DNA of 32,000 nt. It comes from Cylindrospermopsis raciborskii Cr2010 (GTDB taxonomy: Bacteria; Cyanobacteriota; Cyanobacteriia; Cyanobacteriales; Nostocaceae). The notes beneath the pieces are model-generated. The model ran no database searches. It was not told where the DNA came from and saw nothing but the letters and a program-made list of their open reading frames with translations. How positions within the stretch are numbered: position 1 is the stretch's first letter; each line of letters begins with the position of its first letter. Below, one piece after another: positions 7,944-17,464 of this stretch. A program made the position numbers and the translations under genes. The DNA is taken from NCBI RefSeq assembly GCF_003367075.2, contig NZ_CP065936.1:390001-422000 (forward strand), read 5' to 3'.

Positions 7944-10919
7944 TTAATCTGCTCCTTCTATGGGAGCAAAACCCTGACGTTGAATGTTCTCAGTTATGGT
8001 TCTTGGTTCTAAAAACTGTAATAAATAATCAGGACCACCTGCTTTGGAACCCACACCAGAAAGTTTAAACCCACCAAATGGTTGACGAGCTACAATCGCA
8101 CCGGTAATATTCCTGTTAATATACAAATTTCCCACTTCCAGTTCCCTCTTTGCTTGTTCAATATGGGAAGGTGTGCGGGAATAAATACCCCCAGTTAAAG
8201 CATAGTTGGTTGAATTGGCAATTTTTACCGCTTGATCAAAATCTGGCGCAGGAATTACTGATAAAACCGGACCAAATATCTCCTGCTGGGCGATCGCTCC
8301 CTGGGGAGGAACGTCAGCAAAAATCACAGGTCCGACAAAATACCCTTGAGATGGGGACTCCAACTGCAAAACCAATTTGGCTTCTTTTTTGCCCATCTCT
8401 ATATATTCTAAAATCCGGTTTTTAGCTTGACTATCAATCACTGGACCAACCTGGGTACTAGGTAGCTCTGCTGCACCAATATTTAAGGACTTGGTTGCTT
8501 CAATTAATCTATTTAAAAACGTTTCATAGATAGGTTGTAATACAATTACCCTAGAACAGGCGGAACACTTTTGACCACTATAACCAAAAGCGGAATGAAC
8601 CACTCCTACCACTGCTTGGTCTAGATCCGCACTTTCATCTACAATAATGGCATTCTTACCTCCCATTTCGGCAATTACCTTTTTAAGATGTTTTTGTCCT
8701 GGTTTAACAATAGCAGCTTCAGCATAAATTCTACATCCCACTTCCTGAGATCCCGTAAAAGCAATTACATGGGTTTGGGGATGATTAACCAGGTAGGCGC
8801 CCACTTGAGATCCTTTTCCGGGCACATATTGAAAAACACCTTTGGGGATTCCCGCTTCTAGAAGGATTTGTGTAAACTTGGCGGTAATCACAGAAGAGGT
8901 TTCTGCTGGTTTGAGCAGAGTACAATTTCCTGCAACCAGAGCAGCAACAGTCATACCACAGGCGATCGCCAGCGGAAAGTTCCAGGGGGAGATGACCACA
9001 GCAATTCCCTTGGGTTGGTAAATATAACGGTTGGTTTCTCCAGCTACATCATATACCACTCCCCCATCCAGACGTTCCATTTCCTGAGCGTAATAACGAC
9101 AAAAATCTATAGCTTCGGAAACTTCTGCATCAGCTTCTTTAACAGGTTTGCCCACTTCTAATACAATCCAGGCTGCCAATTCAGCTCGTCTGATTTCCAT
9201 TAAGTTTGCTGCGCGACGCAAAATATCAGCTCGTTGTGGCCCAGGTGTTTTTTGCCAATGGGGAAAAGCAGCTTGAGCAGCTTGCATTGCTTCCTCAGCT
9301 TGTTCCACACTAATCAAGCCAATTTTGCCCACTACCTGACTAAAATCAGAAGGATTTAAGGAATCGATAATAGTTGATGTATTAACGTATTCTCCATTAA
9401 TTAGGGGTAAATAGGTTTTCCCCAATTGTTGATGCACCTGCTCAAAAGCCAATCGGGAATCTTCTCGTTTTTGCTCCTCAGCATAATCTATATCCGCAGC
9501 ACCTATAAAATCATCTTGTGTTGGGTTTTCTGGAATGGGAGTTTCTTCCACTATGGGAGGAGCTAACAATTCAGCAACCGGACGATTTTCCAGATTTTGC
9601 CTTAAAAAAGAACTATTAGCCGTATTCTCCAATAGTCTGCGAATTAGATAGGCCATCCCTGGTAATAAATCACCGTAGGGACAATAGACTCGCACTCGGT
9701 AACCTTTATCTACTAACGCTTTAGCAATTTTGTCCCCCATGCCATACAAAACTTGCATTTCAAAGCAGCGTCGTGGAACGTTGAGACTTTCTGCAATGGC
9801 TATGGCACGAGCTTGGGATCTAACATTGTGGCTACCCAGAGCAGAATAAACGTATTGGTGATTCTCTAAAAGAAGCTGAGTTATGGCTTCAAAGTTAGCA
9901 TCCGTAGCTACTTTATCATTGTAAACTGGTTGATCCCAATGTTTTTGGGCAGCCTTAATAGTTTCCTGATCCCAATAGGCGCCTTTTACCAATCTAATGG
10001 TTAGGGGATAACCTCGTTGTTTCAACCAGTCAATTACCCCTTGGACATCTTCCTTACTATCACGTAAATAGGCTTGAATAGTTATGCCAATATCCGTACG
10101 TTGACGAAATTCCTCTTCTAATAATAGCTTTTTCAGAATTTTCAAAGTTATATCTTTATAGCCATACTGCTCCATATCAAAATGTACTGCTGCTCCCAAT
10201 TCCCGCGATCGACGTAGCAAAGTCCGAATCCGCTCGCTTACCTTTGCTTCACTCCCTTCAGCATTTAAAGGATCAAATTGGGAATAAAAAGCAGTTAATT
10301 TCACTGAAACCTGTACTTTGGGAATTATTTCTCCATCAGCTTCGTCAATAATAGGTACATGTTGCCATTTTTTTGATGCTTCCACTAACTGCTGCATCAA
10401 TTCTAAATATTTTTCTAAATAAGACTGTGCCTCTATTTCTGTAATGACTGCTTCCCCAAGTAAATCAATAGTGAAAGCCATTTTTTCTTTTCTGAGTTTT
10501 TCCACGGTTTTAATTACCTGTTGGATATTCTCTCCAGAAATATATTTATGTGCCAGAGTTTGCACGGCTGTCTCTACGGTGGTAGCAGCTACCTGACCTG
10601 GCATAGAATCCGGATAAGCAAAATTTAACAAACTTTTCAATGCTGGTGGTAATTCCACTGAATCATCACCCAAATACTCCTGTAAATGGGAGGCAATTTC
10701 CACTTTGCTATGGAGCGCAGGTAAAGTGTCTATAAAACGAAACAATTGCACCCGCAACCCAGGATTACCCATAGTCCACCCCAACAGTTTGTCATCCCAT
10801 CGCATTTGATCCCGTAAAGCAGCAAAAAAGGAACGACCTTCCTGGGTGTTAGCGAGAATCTGCTGGGCAATTTCTTGGGTTTTAACTTCGTAATTGCTGT
10901 TTTGTGTTTTTAATGCCAT
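7944..10919 (-). CDS. putA: Bifunctional proline dehydrogenase / L-glutamate gamma-semialdehyde (P5C) dehydrogenase
   Basis: 991 aa with an ATG start. The N-terminal half resembles proline dehydrogenase. The C-terminal half is an aldehyde dehydrogenase, with EMGGKNAIIV and the catalytic Cys context GQKCSACSR. Confidence 0.92.
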   Translation of the reverse strand: MALKTQNSNYEVKTQEIAQQILANTQEGRSFFAALRDQMRWDDKLLGWTMGNPGLRVQLFRFIDTLPALHSKVEIASHLQEYLGDDSVELPPALKSLLNFAYPDSMPGQVAATTVETAVQTLAHKYISGENIQQVIKTVEKLRKEKMAFTIDLLGEAVITEIEAQSYLEKYLELMQQLVEASKKWQHVPIIDEADGEIIPKVQVSVKLTAFYSQFDPLNAEGSEAKVSERIRTLLRRSRELGAAVHFDMEQYGYKDITLKILKKLLLEEEFRQRTDIGITIQAYLRDSKEDVQGVIDWLKQRGYPLTIRLVKGAYWDQETIKAAQKHWDQPVYNDKVATDANFEAITQLLLENHQYVYSALGSHNVRSQARAIAIAESLNVPRRCFEMQVLYGMGDKIAKALVDKGYRVRVYCPYGDLLPGMAYLIRRLLENTANSSFLRQNLENRPVAELLAPPIVEETPIPENPTQDDFIGAADIDYAEEQKREDSRLAFEQVHQQLGKTYLPLINGEYVNTSTIIDSLNPSDFSQVVGKIGLISVEQAEEAMQAAQAAFPHWQKTPGPQRADILRRAANLMEIRRAELAAWIVLEVGKPVKEADAEVSEAIDFCRYYAQEMERLDGGVVYDVAGETNRYIYQPKGIAVVISPWNFPLAIACGMTVAALVAGNCTLLKPAETSSVITAKFTQILLEAGIPKGVFQYVPGKGSQVGAYLVNHPQTHVIAFTGSQEVGCRIYAEAAIVKPGQKHLKKVIAEMGGKNAIIVDESADLDQAVVGVVHSAFGYSGQKCSACSRVIVLQPIYETFLNRLIEATKSLNIGAAELPSTQVGPVIDSQAKNRILEYIEMGKKEAKLVLQLESPSQGYFVGPVIFADVPPQGAIAQQEIFGPVLSVIPAPDFDQAVKIANSTNYALTGGIYSRTPSHIEQAKRELEVGNLYINRNITGAIVARQPFGGFKLSGVGSKAGGPDYLLQFLEPRTITENIQRQGFAPIEGAD

Positions 10920-11019
10920 AAAATAAAATACTACTGGAATTACTACCTATAATTTAAAAGACGCGATCGCCAATTATTCTAATATTCTAAATATAATACT
11001 GTAATCTAAAAATCCGCCA

Positions 11020-11226
11020 ATGAACAGTCAACAACTAGCTACATATTTAGAACTAACCGATAGTATTGCCAAACCGTGGTTATTAGTGCAACTCAGGTTA
11101 AAAAAATTACAGGAGCGACGGCATGACATATCTACGGAAGTTTATATAGAAGAACTAGCAGACATTCACCAAGACATGATGAATTTAGGAGAATGGTGGA
11201 AAGGAATGGAGGATGAGGTTTTCTAG
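11020..11226 (+). CDS. Hypothetical small protein
   Basis: 68-aa ORF with an ATG start in an otherwise empty gap upstream of purM. The acidic, helical composition looks protein-like. I recognised no family. Confidence 0.4.
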   Translation: MNSQQLATYLELTDSIAKPWLLVQLRLKKLQERRHDISTEVYIEELADIHQDMMNLGEWWKGMEDEVF

Positions 11227-11288
11227 AGATTTTAGTGATTTTGTGGTAATGATGGATAGAAAAAAAACGGAAGGTTAACATTACAGTC

Positions 11289-12320
11289 ATGGATTATCGG
11301 GATGCAGGTGTGGATGTAGAAGCGGGTAGAGCTTTTGTAGGACAAATTCGCAATTTAGTTCACAGTACCTTTAGACCAGAAGTTTTGGGTGGTTTGGGCG
11401 GTTTTAGTGGATGTTTCCAACTACCCACAGGTTATCACGAACCTGTATTGGTGTCTGGTACGGATGGTGTGGGCACAAAGCTAAAAATTGCCCAAATCCT
11501 CAATTGTCACCACACTGTGGGTATTGATTTGGTGGCTATGTGTGTTAATGATGTACTCACCTCGGGAGCAGAACCACTATTTTTTCTAGATTATGTCGCT
11601 ACTGGTAAACTAGAAGGAGAGCAGTTAACTCAGGTGGTGTCAGGAATAGCTGAAGGTTGTAAATTAGCTGGTGCTGCTCTATTGGGGGGAGAAACAGCTG
11701 AAATGCCAGGTTTCTACCAGGTGGGTGAATATGACCTAGCTGGTTTCTGTGTGGGAATTGTGGAAAAAAGCAAAATGTTAGATGGTTCCCAGGTGCAAGT
11801 TGGCGATCTGGCCATAGGTCTAGCTAGTTCTGGTATTCATAGTAATGGTGTGAGTTTAATCCGAAAGATTGTTAGTGATGGTGGTTTTACTTGGAACCAC
11901 ACTCCAGATTTTTTCCATGGAAAAACTTTAGGTTCTACTTTTCTCACCCCTACTCGCATTTATGTTAAGTCTGTTTTATCAGCTCTGCACCAAGGTCTGG
12001 AAATTCACGGTATGGCCCACATTACCGGTGGGGGTTTACCAGAAAATTTGCCCAGGTGCTTAGGAGCTAATCAATCTGTGAAAATTCATCCAGGTAGTTG
12101 GCCAATCCCCCCCGTATTTAAATGGTTGGCTGATTTTGGATCTGTGGGTGCACAAGCTATGTACAATACTTTTAACATGGGTTTGGGTTTTGTGTTGATT
12201 TTACCTCCCACACAAGCACAACAAGCAATTACTCATTTCCAATCTCAGCATATTCCCGCTTTTACTATTGGTGAGGTTGTGGGGGGATCCGGTGAATTAA
12301 TTGCTCTTTTTGATTCTTAG
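11289..12320 (+). CDS. purM: Phosphoribosylformylglycinamidine cyclo-ligase (AIR synthase)
   Basis: 343 aa. It has [35 protein letters not shown] and HITGGG, the classic PurM signature order. Confidence 0.95.
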   Translation: MDYRDAGVDVEAGRAFVGQIRNLVHSTFRPEVLGGLGGFSGCFQLPTGYHEPVLVSGTDGVGTKLKIAQILNCHHTVGIDLVAMCVNDVLTSGAEPLFFLDYVATGKLEGEQLTQVVSGIAEGCKLAGAALLGGETAEMPGFYQVGEYDLAGFCVGIVEKSKMLDGSQVQVGDLAIGLASSGIHSNGVSLIRKIVSDGGFTWNHTPDFFHGKTLGSTFLTPTRIYVKSVLSALHQGLEIHGMAHITGGGLPENLPRCLGANQSVKIHPGSWPIPPVFKWLADFGSVGAQAMYNTFNMGLGFVLILPPTQAQQAITHFQSQHIPAFTIGEVVGGSGELIALFDS

Positions 12321-12970
12321 CTATCCACAGGATGTTGACCGTAGTAGGGTAGGGAATCAGACCAATGACCATTCTTACCTTGTTGCCAATCTAAATAAGC
12401 CAGGTGTAATATACTGGTTACTGTCACTGCTAAATTTGATGTGGCTCTAATTAGTTCATGTTCAATTGGATAATTATTGGGATAATCATTTAAGGTTTCT
12501 TTCCATGCTTCTAGAGTAAACACCTGGTCTGCTAATAGAGCTTTTATCTCGGATTTTTCAACATCAATCTGATAAATCGCTCCAAATACTTTCCCCTGCT
12601 GTGCTGGCATTTCTACAGCTATAGTGGCTGGTAAATGAGGATTTTGATTCTTTTCGTGCCATGCCACCGCTGCTAAGGTGGATATAGCTAAAACCGGAAT
12701 GTTCAATTGCTGACCTAGGGTACGTGCTAAAACCATACCAATGCGAGTACCGGTAAACCCTCCAGGTCCTTTAGCTACTGCAATTAACCGTAGATCTGGC
12801 CAGCTTTGGGGTAGGATAAAATCCACTAGACATTGGTGAATATGACTGGATACATCACGTCCCAAATTCCATACCTGAGAGCGCGTGTCATCCACAAAGT
12901 TACTCATTACTAAACCTAATTCCGGTGTAGTAGTGTGTATTCCTAAAGCGTATTTTTGGTGATTGTTCAA
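12317..12970 (-). CDS. tsaB: tRNA threonylcarbamoyladenosine (t6A) biosynthesis protein TsaB (YeaZ family)
   Basis: 217 aa. It has [15 protein letters not shown] and [15 protein letters not shown]. The track start is TTG. Its stop codon overlaps the purM stop; the genes are convergent with a 4-nt overlap. Confidence 0.85.
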   Translation of the reverse strand: MNNHQKYALGIHTTTPELGLVMSNFVDDTRSQVWNLGRDVSSHIHQCLVDFILPQSWPDLRLIAVAKGPGGFTGTRIGMVLARTLGQQLNIPVLAISTLAAVAWHEKNQNPHLPATIAVEMPAQQGKVFGAIYQIDVEKSEIKALLADQVFTLEAWKETLNDYPNNYPIEHELIRATSNLAVTVTSILHLAYLDWQQGKNGHWSDSLPYYGQHPVDS

Positions 12971-13019
12971 GAGCTTCTATTAGCAGTAAAGTGGAAAATT
13001 AGAATAACATGCACCAACA

Positions 13020-13268
13020 TTAAGTGGGTACTAATTCACCCGGACGTAATGATGCCCATTTACCCATTTCTGGTTTAAAACTTAGACAACCTACCACATC
13101 CCATTCCATTTCAATAATTTCTCCTTTAGTACGAATGTTAACATTTATGGCAGGTTCCTGGGCATTAAAATCGGGATTTTCATTTAAGTGTGGTTGTTGG
13201 TGTTGAGTTTCTACCGCATTGTAGGTAACACAACGGTCTACGTAGTGACAGTTAACGCAAATACACAT
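13020..13268 (-). CDS. ycf34: Ycf34 family protein (small Cys-rich cyanobacterial/plastid protein)
   Basis: Starts MCICVNCHYVDRCVTYNAVE. The track ORF begins two codons upstream at a TTG (13274). The ATG at 13268 gives the canonical Ycf34 N-terminus. Confidence 0.8.
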   Translation of the reverse strand: MCICVNCHYVDRCVTYNAVETQHQQPHLNENPDFNAQEPAINVNIRTKGEIIEMEWDVVGCLSFKPEMGKWASLRPGELVPT

Positions 13269-13373
13269 GACCAACTCCTACCCTAAGGTTAGATATGTAG
13301 CTATATCATATAGTTTTAGCAGGTGGAATGGCAATATAGACTAATTTGCCGCTCATACTTTTTTGGATAAATA

Positions 13374-14645
13374 ATGAATGATTCAATTACTGCTCGCTTA
13401 GATCCCAAAAATTGGCCGTTTAGCTTGGGGATGCTACCTCAACCAGCTTATATGGTAGGTGGTGCAGTGCGGGATGGCATTTTGGGTAGAAGTCAAGACT
13501 ACTTGGATTTAGACTTTATCATACCAGACAATGCGGTAAAAGTTGCTCGGGCGATCGCCCAACATTATGGAGCTGGTTTTGTGTTGTTGGATGGGAAGAG
13601 AAATATAGCCCGGGTGGTGTTTCCCCAGGGGACAGTAGATTTTGCCCAACAGGATGGAGACAGTTTACTGACTGATTTACATCGGAGAGACTTTACCATT
13701 AATGCGATCGCCTATAATCCCTATACTCAAGAACTGATGGATCCTCTAGGTGGTTGTAAAGACATAGAAAGTGGTTTATTGCGGATGATATCTCCCCAAA
13801 ATCTCCAAGATGACCCTTTGCGTTTAATGCGTGCTTATCGTCAAGCTGCCCAATTAAATTTTGTTATTGAACCTCATACCCAACTAACTATTCGTAAATT
13901 GTCTGCAAATCTTTGTCAAGTCGCTTCCGAAAGGATTAGAACAGAAATTGGTTATCTTTTGCAAAGTGCTGTAGGTACATTTTGGTTAAAAACCGCTTGG
14001 GAGGATGGGTTATTAGGTCAATTTTTTATTTATGCAACGCCAGAAAGTGTAGATAAACTAATTGCAGTAGATCCAGCGGTTCAAGCAATAGGGGAAAATT
14101 GGTCAGAACTGGGGGAACAGCTAGAAAAACCCATTCGGGATTCTATGAAAACCAGATGGTTGGATATTGCTAAACTAGGGTGTTTAGTGAATCCTGCTCC
14201 TGAGATAGCAGAACGGGAGCTGGGGGAAATGACATACAGTCGAGTGGAGATTCGTAGTATTATTACCGCCCTACGACTATTCCCGCAGATGAAACAAGCA
14301 AATAGCATGTCCTTGCGAGAACAGTACTGTTGGTTTAGGGAGGTAGGGGTTGTTTTTAGCTCTACAATCGTTCTAGCTTTAGCACAGGATATGTTAAACA
14401 CCAAGTCCCACAAGCATAGTTTAGAATTGTATAGACCCCTGGTTAAACGTTATTTGAACCCTGATGATTTGGTGGCCCACCCATCACCGTTGGTGACTGG
14501 TAAGGAGGTGATTATAGCACTAAATATCCCACCCTCACCACTGGTGGGAGAAATTTTGCAGGAAATTGCCATTGCTCAAGCTGAGGGTAAGGTAAATAAT
14601 TCCCAGGGGGCACTAGCACTAGCTAGAAAATTAATAGATAAGTAA
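13374..14645 (+). CDS. cca: CCA-adding tRNA nucleotidyltransferase / poly(A) polymerase family protein
   Basis: 423 aa with an ATG start. It has the head-domain motifs VGGAVRDGILGR, DLDF and RRDFTINAIAY, plus DPLRLMRAYR. Confidence 0.85.
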   Translation: MNDSITARLDPKNWPFSLGMLPQPAYMVGGAVRDGILGRSQDYLDLDFIIPDNAVKVARAIAQHYGAGFVLLDGKRNIARVVFPQGTVDFAQQDGDSLLTDLHRRDFTINAIAYNPYTQELMDPLGGCKDIESGLLRMISPQNLQDDPLRLMRAYRQAAQLNFVIEPHTQLTIRKLSANLCQVASERIRTEIGYLLQSAVGTFWLKTAWEDGLLGQFFIYATPESVDKLIAVDPAVQAIGENWSELGEQLEKPIRDSMKTRWLDIAKLGCLVNPAPEIAERELGEMTYSRVEIRSIITALRLFPQMKQANSMSLREQYCWFREVGVVFSSTIVLALAQDMLNTKSHKHSLELYRPLVKRYLNPDDLVAHPSPLVTGKEVIIALNIPPSPLVGEILQEIAIAQAEGKVNNSQGALALARKLIDK

Positions 14646-14651
14646 TAGGCA

Positions 14652-15116
14652 CTACAAAGCATATTTGGGAGACTTGGCTAATCCTTCGGCAACATTTTTA
14701 AACCGGACTAACTGTGACCGCATATCCGATTTGGTCCAGGATGCAGCAAAAGTGTTAAATCCCCAACTGATAATGGGATTGGGTATTTTAAATTCAAAGG
14801 AATTAATCAATAATGTGCCTTGACTTAGAGGTTGACATTCCCAGCGATCGCTCCCTTGAAAGAACCCCTTAAAACCCCAGACAATAAGTCCTGGTTGTCT
14901 TTCAATGACCACCACATTGAGAGTGGGTTTAATTCCTGGGATTTGAATCATAAAACGACTGCGACTGCCAATTTCTGTGGTCCAAACCTCCCCTAGGGGT
15001 TCACAGCGAAGGAGGGGATTTAACCATTGGTGCATTAAATGCAAGTCGGTTAAACATTGTTCTACTAATGTAGCAGGAGCATTAATTTGAATTGACTGTT
15101 GTAAAAGTTGGGTCAT
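14652..15116 (-). CDS. SRPBCC (START/polyketide-cyclase-like) domain protein
   Basis: 154 aa with an ATG start. The size and the alternating beta-strand pattern with a terminal helix are typical of the SRPBCC fold. The assignment is by resemblance only. Confidence 0.55.
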   Translation of the reverse strand: MTQLLQQSIQINAPATLVEQCLTDLHLMHQWLNPLLRCEPLGEVWTTEIGSRSRFMIQIPGIKPTLNVVVIERQPGLIVWGFKGFFQGSDRWECQPLSQGTLLINSFEFKIPNPIISWGFNTFAASWTKSDMRSQLVRFKNVAEGLAKSPKYAL

Positions 15117-15143
15117 TTTTAAAAATATAGCTTGTGCCAGAAT

Positions 15144-16436
15144 TTAGGGTTGGCTCGCATACCAATGGTGTAAGGCCAAGCGTTGGATTTCACGCCAAGG
15201 GAGATGATGCTGTCTAGCTAGATTGGCACAGTCTTCATATTCAGGTTGTACATTAGTAATGACCTTTTGTGACGTTTTACCTTGCCAAGCCACCTTTACA
15301 GCAACTTGACCATAGGGAGTTTGCACCGTTTGCATATCTCTTTGTAAAATACGGCGTTGTTGAGTAGTATAACGAATACCCAAGGTGGTAGTTTCCCTAA
15401 ATATCACCTCCTGACAACCAGTCAGATTTTCCGGATGACAAATTGCACTTAGTAAAATTCCCGGACGTGATTTTTTCATACCTATAGATTGGGTAAACAC
15501 ATCTACCGCACCAGCAGCAAACAAAGCTTCAAAAACATAACCTATAGCTTGGGGACTCAAATCATCTATTTGGGTCTCTAAAACACAAATTGTCTCTTCC
15601 CCTTGTCCATGAGGATCCCCATCATTCACCTGTAACTTGTGAATATGTAAAGGATCTGGGGAAGTTTCACCTAGCCAAATGCGTAGTATATTAGGAATGG
15701 GTAAATCCAGAGAACCAGCACCCAATCCCACCTGCTTCAACACCATCGGTGGAGGTGAACCAAAACTCCTCGCCAAAGTAGTGGCGATCGCTGCTCCTGT
15801 TGGTGTAACTAGTTCTCTGTCAATACCATTACTATAGACGGGAGAATTGGTCATTTCCCATAACTTTAACACTGCGGGTACGGGAACTGGCATTCTACCA
15901 TGAGCAGCTCTAACCGTTCCCCCCCCCGTAGGAAAGGCTGAACAATAGACTAAGGGTAGCCCAGTTTCATCACTGTCTATTCCTAACCAGTCTAAACTCA
16001 AACAGGTTCCCACAATATCCACAATTGCATCAACAGCACCAACTTCATGAAAGTGAACTTTTTCAGGTGCAATGCCATGTACTGCGCCTTCTGCTACTGC
16101 TAATTGGCGGAATACAGCTAAACTCCAGTCAGCTGCTCTTGTGGGTAGATTAGCTGCGAGGATCATCTTTTCTATTTCTGGTAGATGACGACCATGGTGA
16201 TGATGGTGATTATGATCGTGATCATGATGGTAACTGGTTAGGTTGACATGGATTTTAGTAGCTTGTTGAGTTTGACGATGAACTAACTCGCTTTCCAATT
16301 CATATTCCTGGTCAATCCCCAAACCCCCAAGTTTTTCCAGTAAGTAGTTGACAGGAACACCCAAACTTACGAAAGCGCCCAAACACATATCACCAGATAT
16401 TCCCGTAGGACATTGAAAATAGGCAATTTTACTCAT
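15144..16436 (-). CDS. larC: Nickel-pincer cofactor biosynthesis protein LarC (DUF111 family)
   Basis: 430 aa. It has the N-terminal YFQCPTGISGDM, HFHEVGAVDAIVDIVG, and a His-rich tract (YHHDHDHNHHHHHGRH) consistent with nickel binding. Confidence 0.85.
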   Translation of the reverse strand: MSKIAYFQCPTGISGDMCLGAFVSLGVPVNYLLEKLGGLGIDQEYELESELVHRQTQQATKIHVNLTSYHHDHDHNHHHHHGRHLPEIEKMILAANLPTRAADWSLAVFRQLAVAEGAVHGIAPEKVHFHEVGAVDAIVDIVGTCLSLDWLGIDSDETGLPLVYCSAFPTGGGTVRAAHGRMPVPVPAVLKLWEMTNSPVYSNGIDRELVTPTGAAIATTLARSFGSPPPMVLKQVGLGAGSLDLPIPNILRIWLGETSPDPLHIHKLQVNDGDPHGQGEETICVLETQIDDLSPQAIGYVFEALFAAGAVDVFTQSIGMKKSRPGILLSAICHPENLTGCQEVIFRETTTLGIRYTTQQRRILQRDMQTVQTPYGQVAVKVAWQGKTSQKVITNVQPEYEDCANLARQHHLPWREIQRLALHHWYASQP

Positions 16437-16578
16437 AAAATGCTAATAATGATTAATCGTTTTTTTGTGTTTCTGTTTAAACTGTAAGTTAAATTCTACT
16501 GATCTTATGGTCATGGAGGGGTCATAGGTAGCAATGACGTTTAAGTTGGAAATTAATCTTTCACCCATTTATTAGCTT

Positions 16579-17232
16579 ATGGCTAGAATTTTGGAAATTC
16601 ATCCTGATAACCCACAAAATCGTCGGATAGAGGATATAAGGTTGGCACTTTCTGGTGGTGCTGTTATGCTTTATCCCACTGATACGGTTTATGCCATCGG
16701 TTGCGATTTAAATGCCAAGTCAGCTGTAGAAAGAGTTAAGAAAATTAAGCGGTTGGCCAATGATAAACCATTAACCTTCCTATGTCCTTCTCTTTCTCGC
16801 GTAGCTACTTATGCCTTTGTCAGTGATATAGCTTATCGGATTATGAAATCCTTGATACCAGGTCCCTACACTTTTTTGTTGCCTGCTACCAAGTTAGTAC
16901 CGCGATTGGTACAAAATCCTAAGCGTAAAACCACGGGGATTCGAGTGCCAAATCACCACCTGTGTTTGGCCTTACTAGAATCTTTGGGGAATCCCATTAT
17001 CTCTACTTCGGCGCATTTACCCCTTTATGATATGGATGACCTAAATGTAGATATTGACATACACCCATCTAAGATGGACCTGTTTGACCGTTTAGATAGC
17101 TTGGTAGATATTATTATAGACACGGGTGAGGAACCCAAGAATCAGGTATCTACTATTTTAGACTTGACGGATAATCAACCTATTATAACAAGAAAAGGAA
17201 TGGGTTGGGAAGCAGTAGCAGCTTGGATATAA
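16579..17232 (+). CDS. L-threonylcarbamoyladenylate synthase family protein (Sua5/YciO/YrdC fold)
   Basis: 217 aa with an ATG start. It has the YrdC-domain motifs LYPTDTVYAIGCD, PLTFLC, PGPYTFLL, IRVPNH and ISTSA. Confidence 0.85.
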   Translation: MARILEIHPDNPQNRRIEDIRLALSGGAVMLYPTDTVYAIGCDLNAKSAVERVKKIKRLANDKPLTFLCPSLSRVATYAFVSDIAYRIMKSLIPGPYTFLLPATKLVPRLVQNPKRKTTGIRVPNHHLCLALLESLGNPIISTSAHLPLYDMDDLNVDIDIHPSKMDLFDRLDSLVDIIIDTGEEPKNQVSTILDLTDNQPIITRKGMGWEAVAAWI

Positions 17233-17464
17233 TCACCTTGCCAATTTTAATAGATGATCCCCATTTTGACTATTACTTTGATACTATTGCACCAAAAAAT
17301 GCTCAATTCAGAAAATACAGCTTTAACACTTCACGGTAACATACACCAAGACTATCCGCAAAAAATCTTCAAGGGAAGAGGTGGTTTCATACCGGATAAT
17401 GCCATGGAAAGACATCAATCGGTTGCGTTTAATTGTAGTTAAGGTGCAATACTCAGGAAAAGTC

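Noticed and set aside
8150-9161. Plus-strand ORFs 8150..8425 and 8868..9161
   Set aside because: They are antisense to putA.
13024-14413. ORFs 13024..13206 (+) and 14081..14413 (-)
   Set aside because: They are antisense to ycf34 and to the CCA-adding enzyme gene respectively.
17254-17464. ORF 17254..17442 and the 28-codon N-terminal extension of the HetZ-related ORF (17381-17464)
   Set aside because: They lie in the intergenic leader, have odd composition and overlap each other in different frames. The ATG at 17465 gives a more plausible start.
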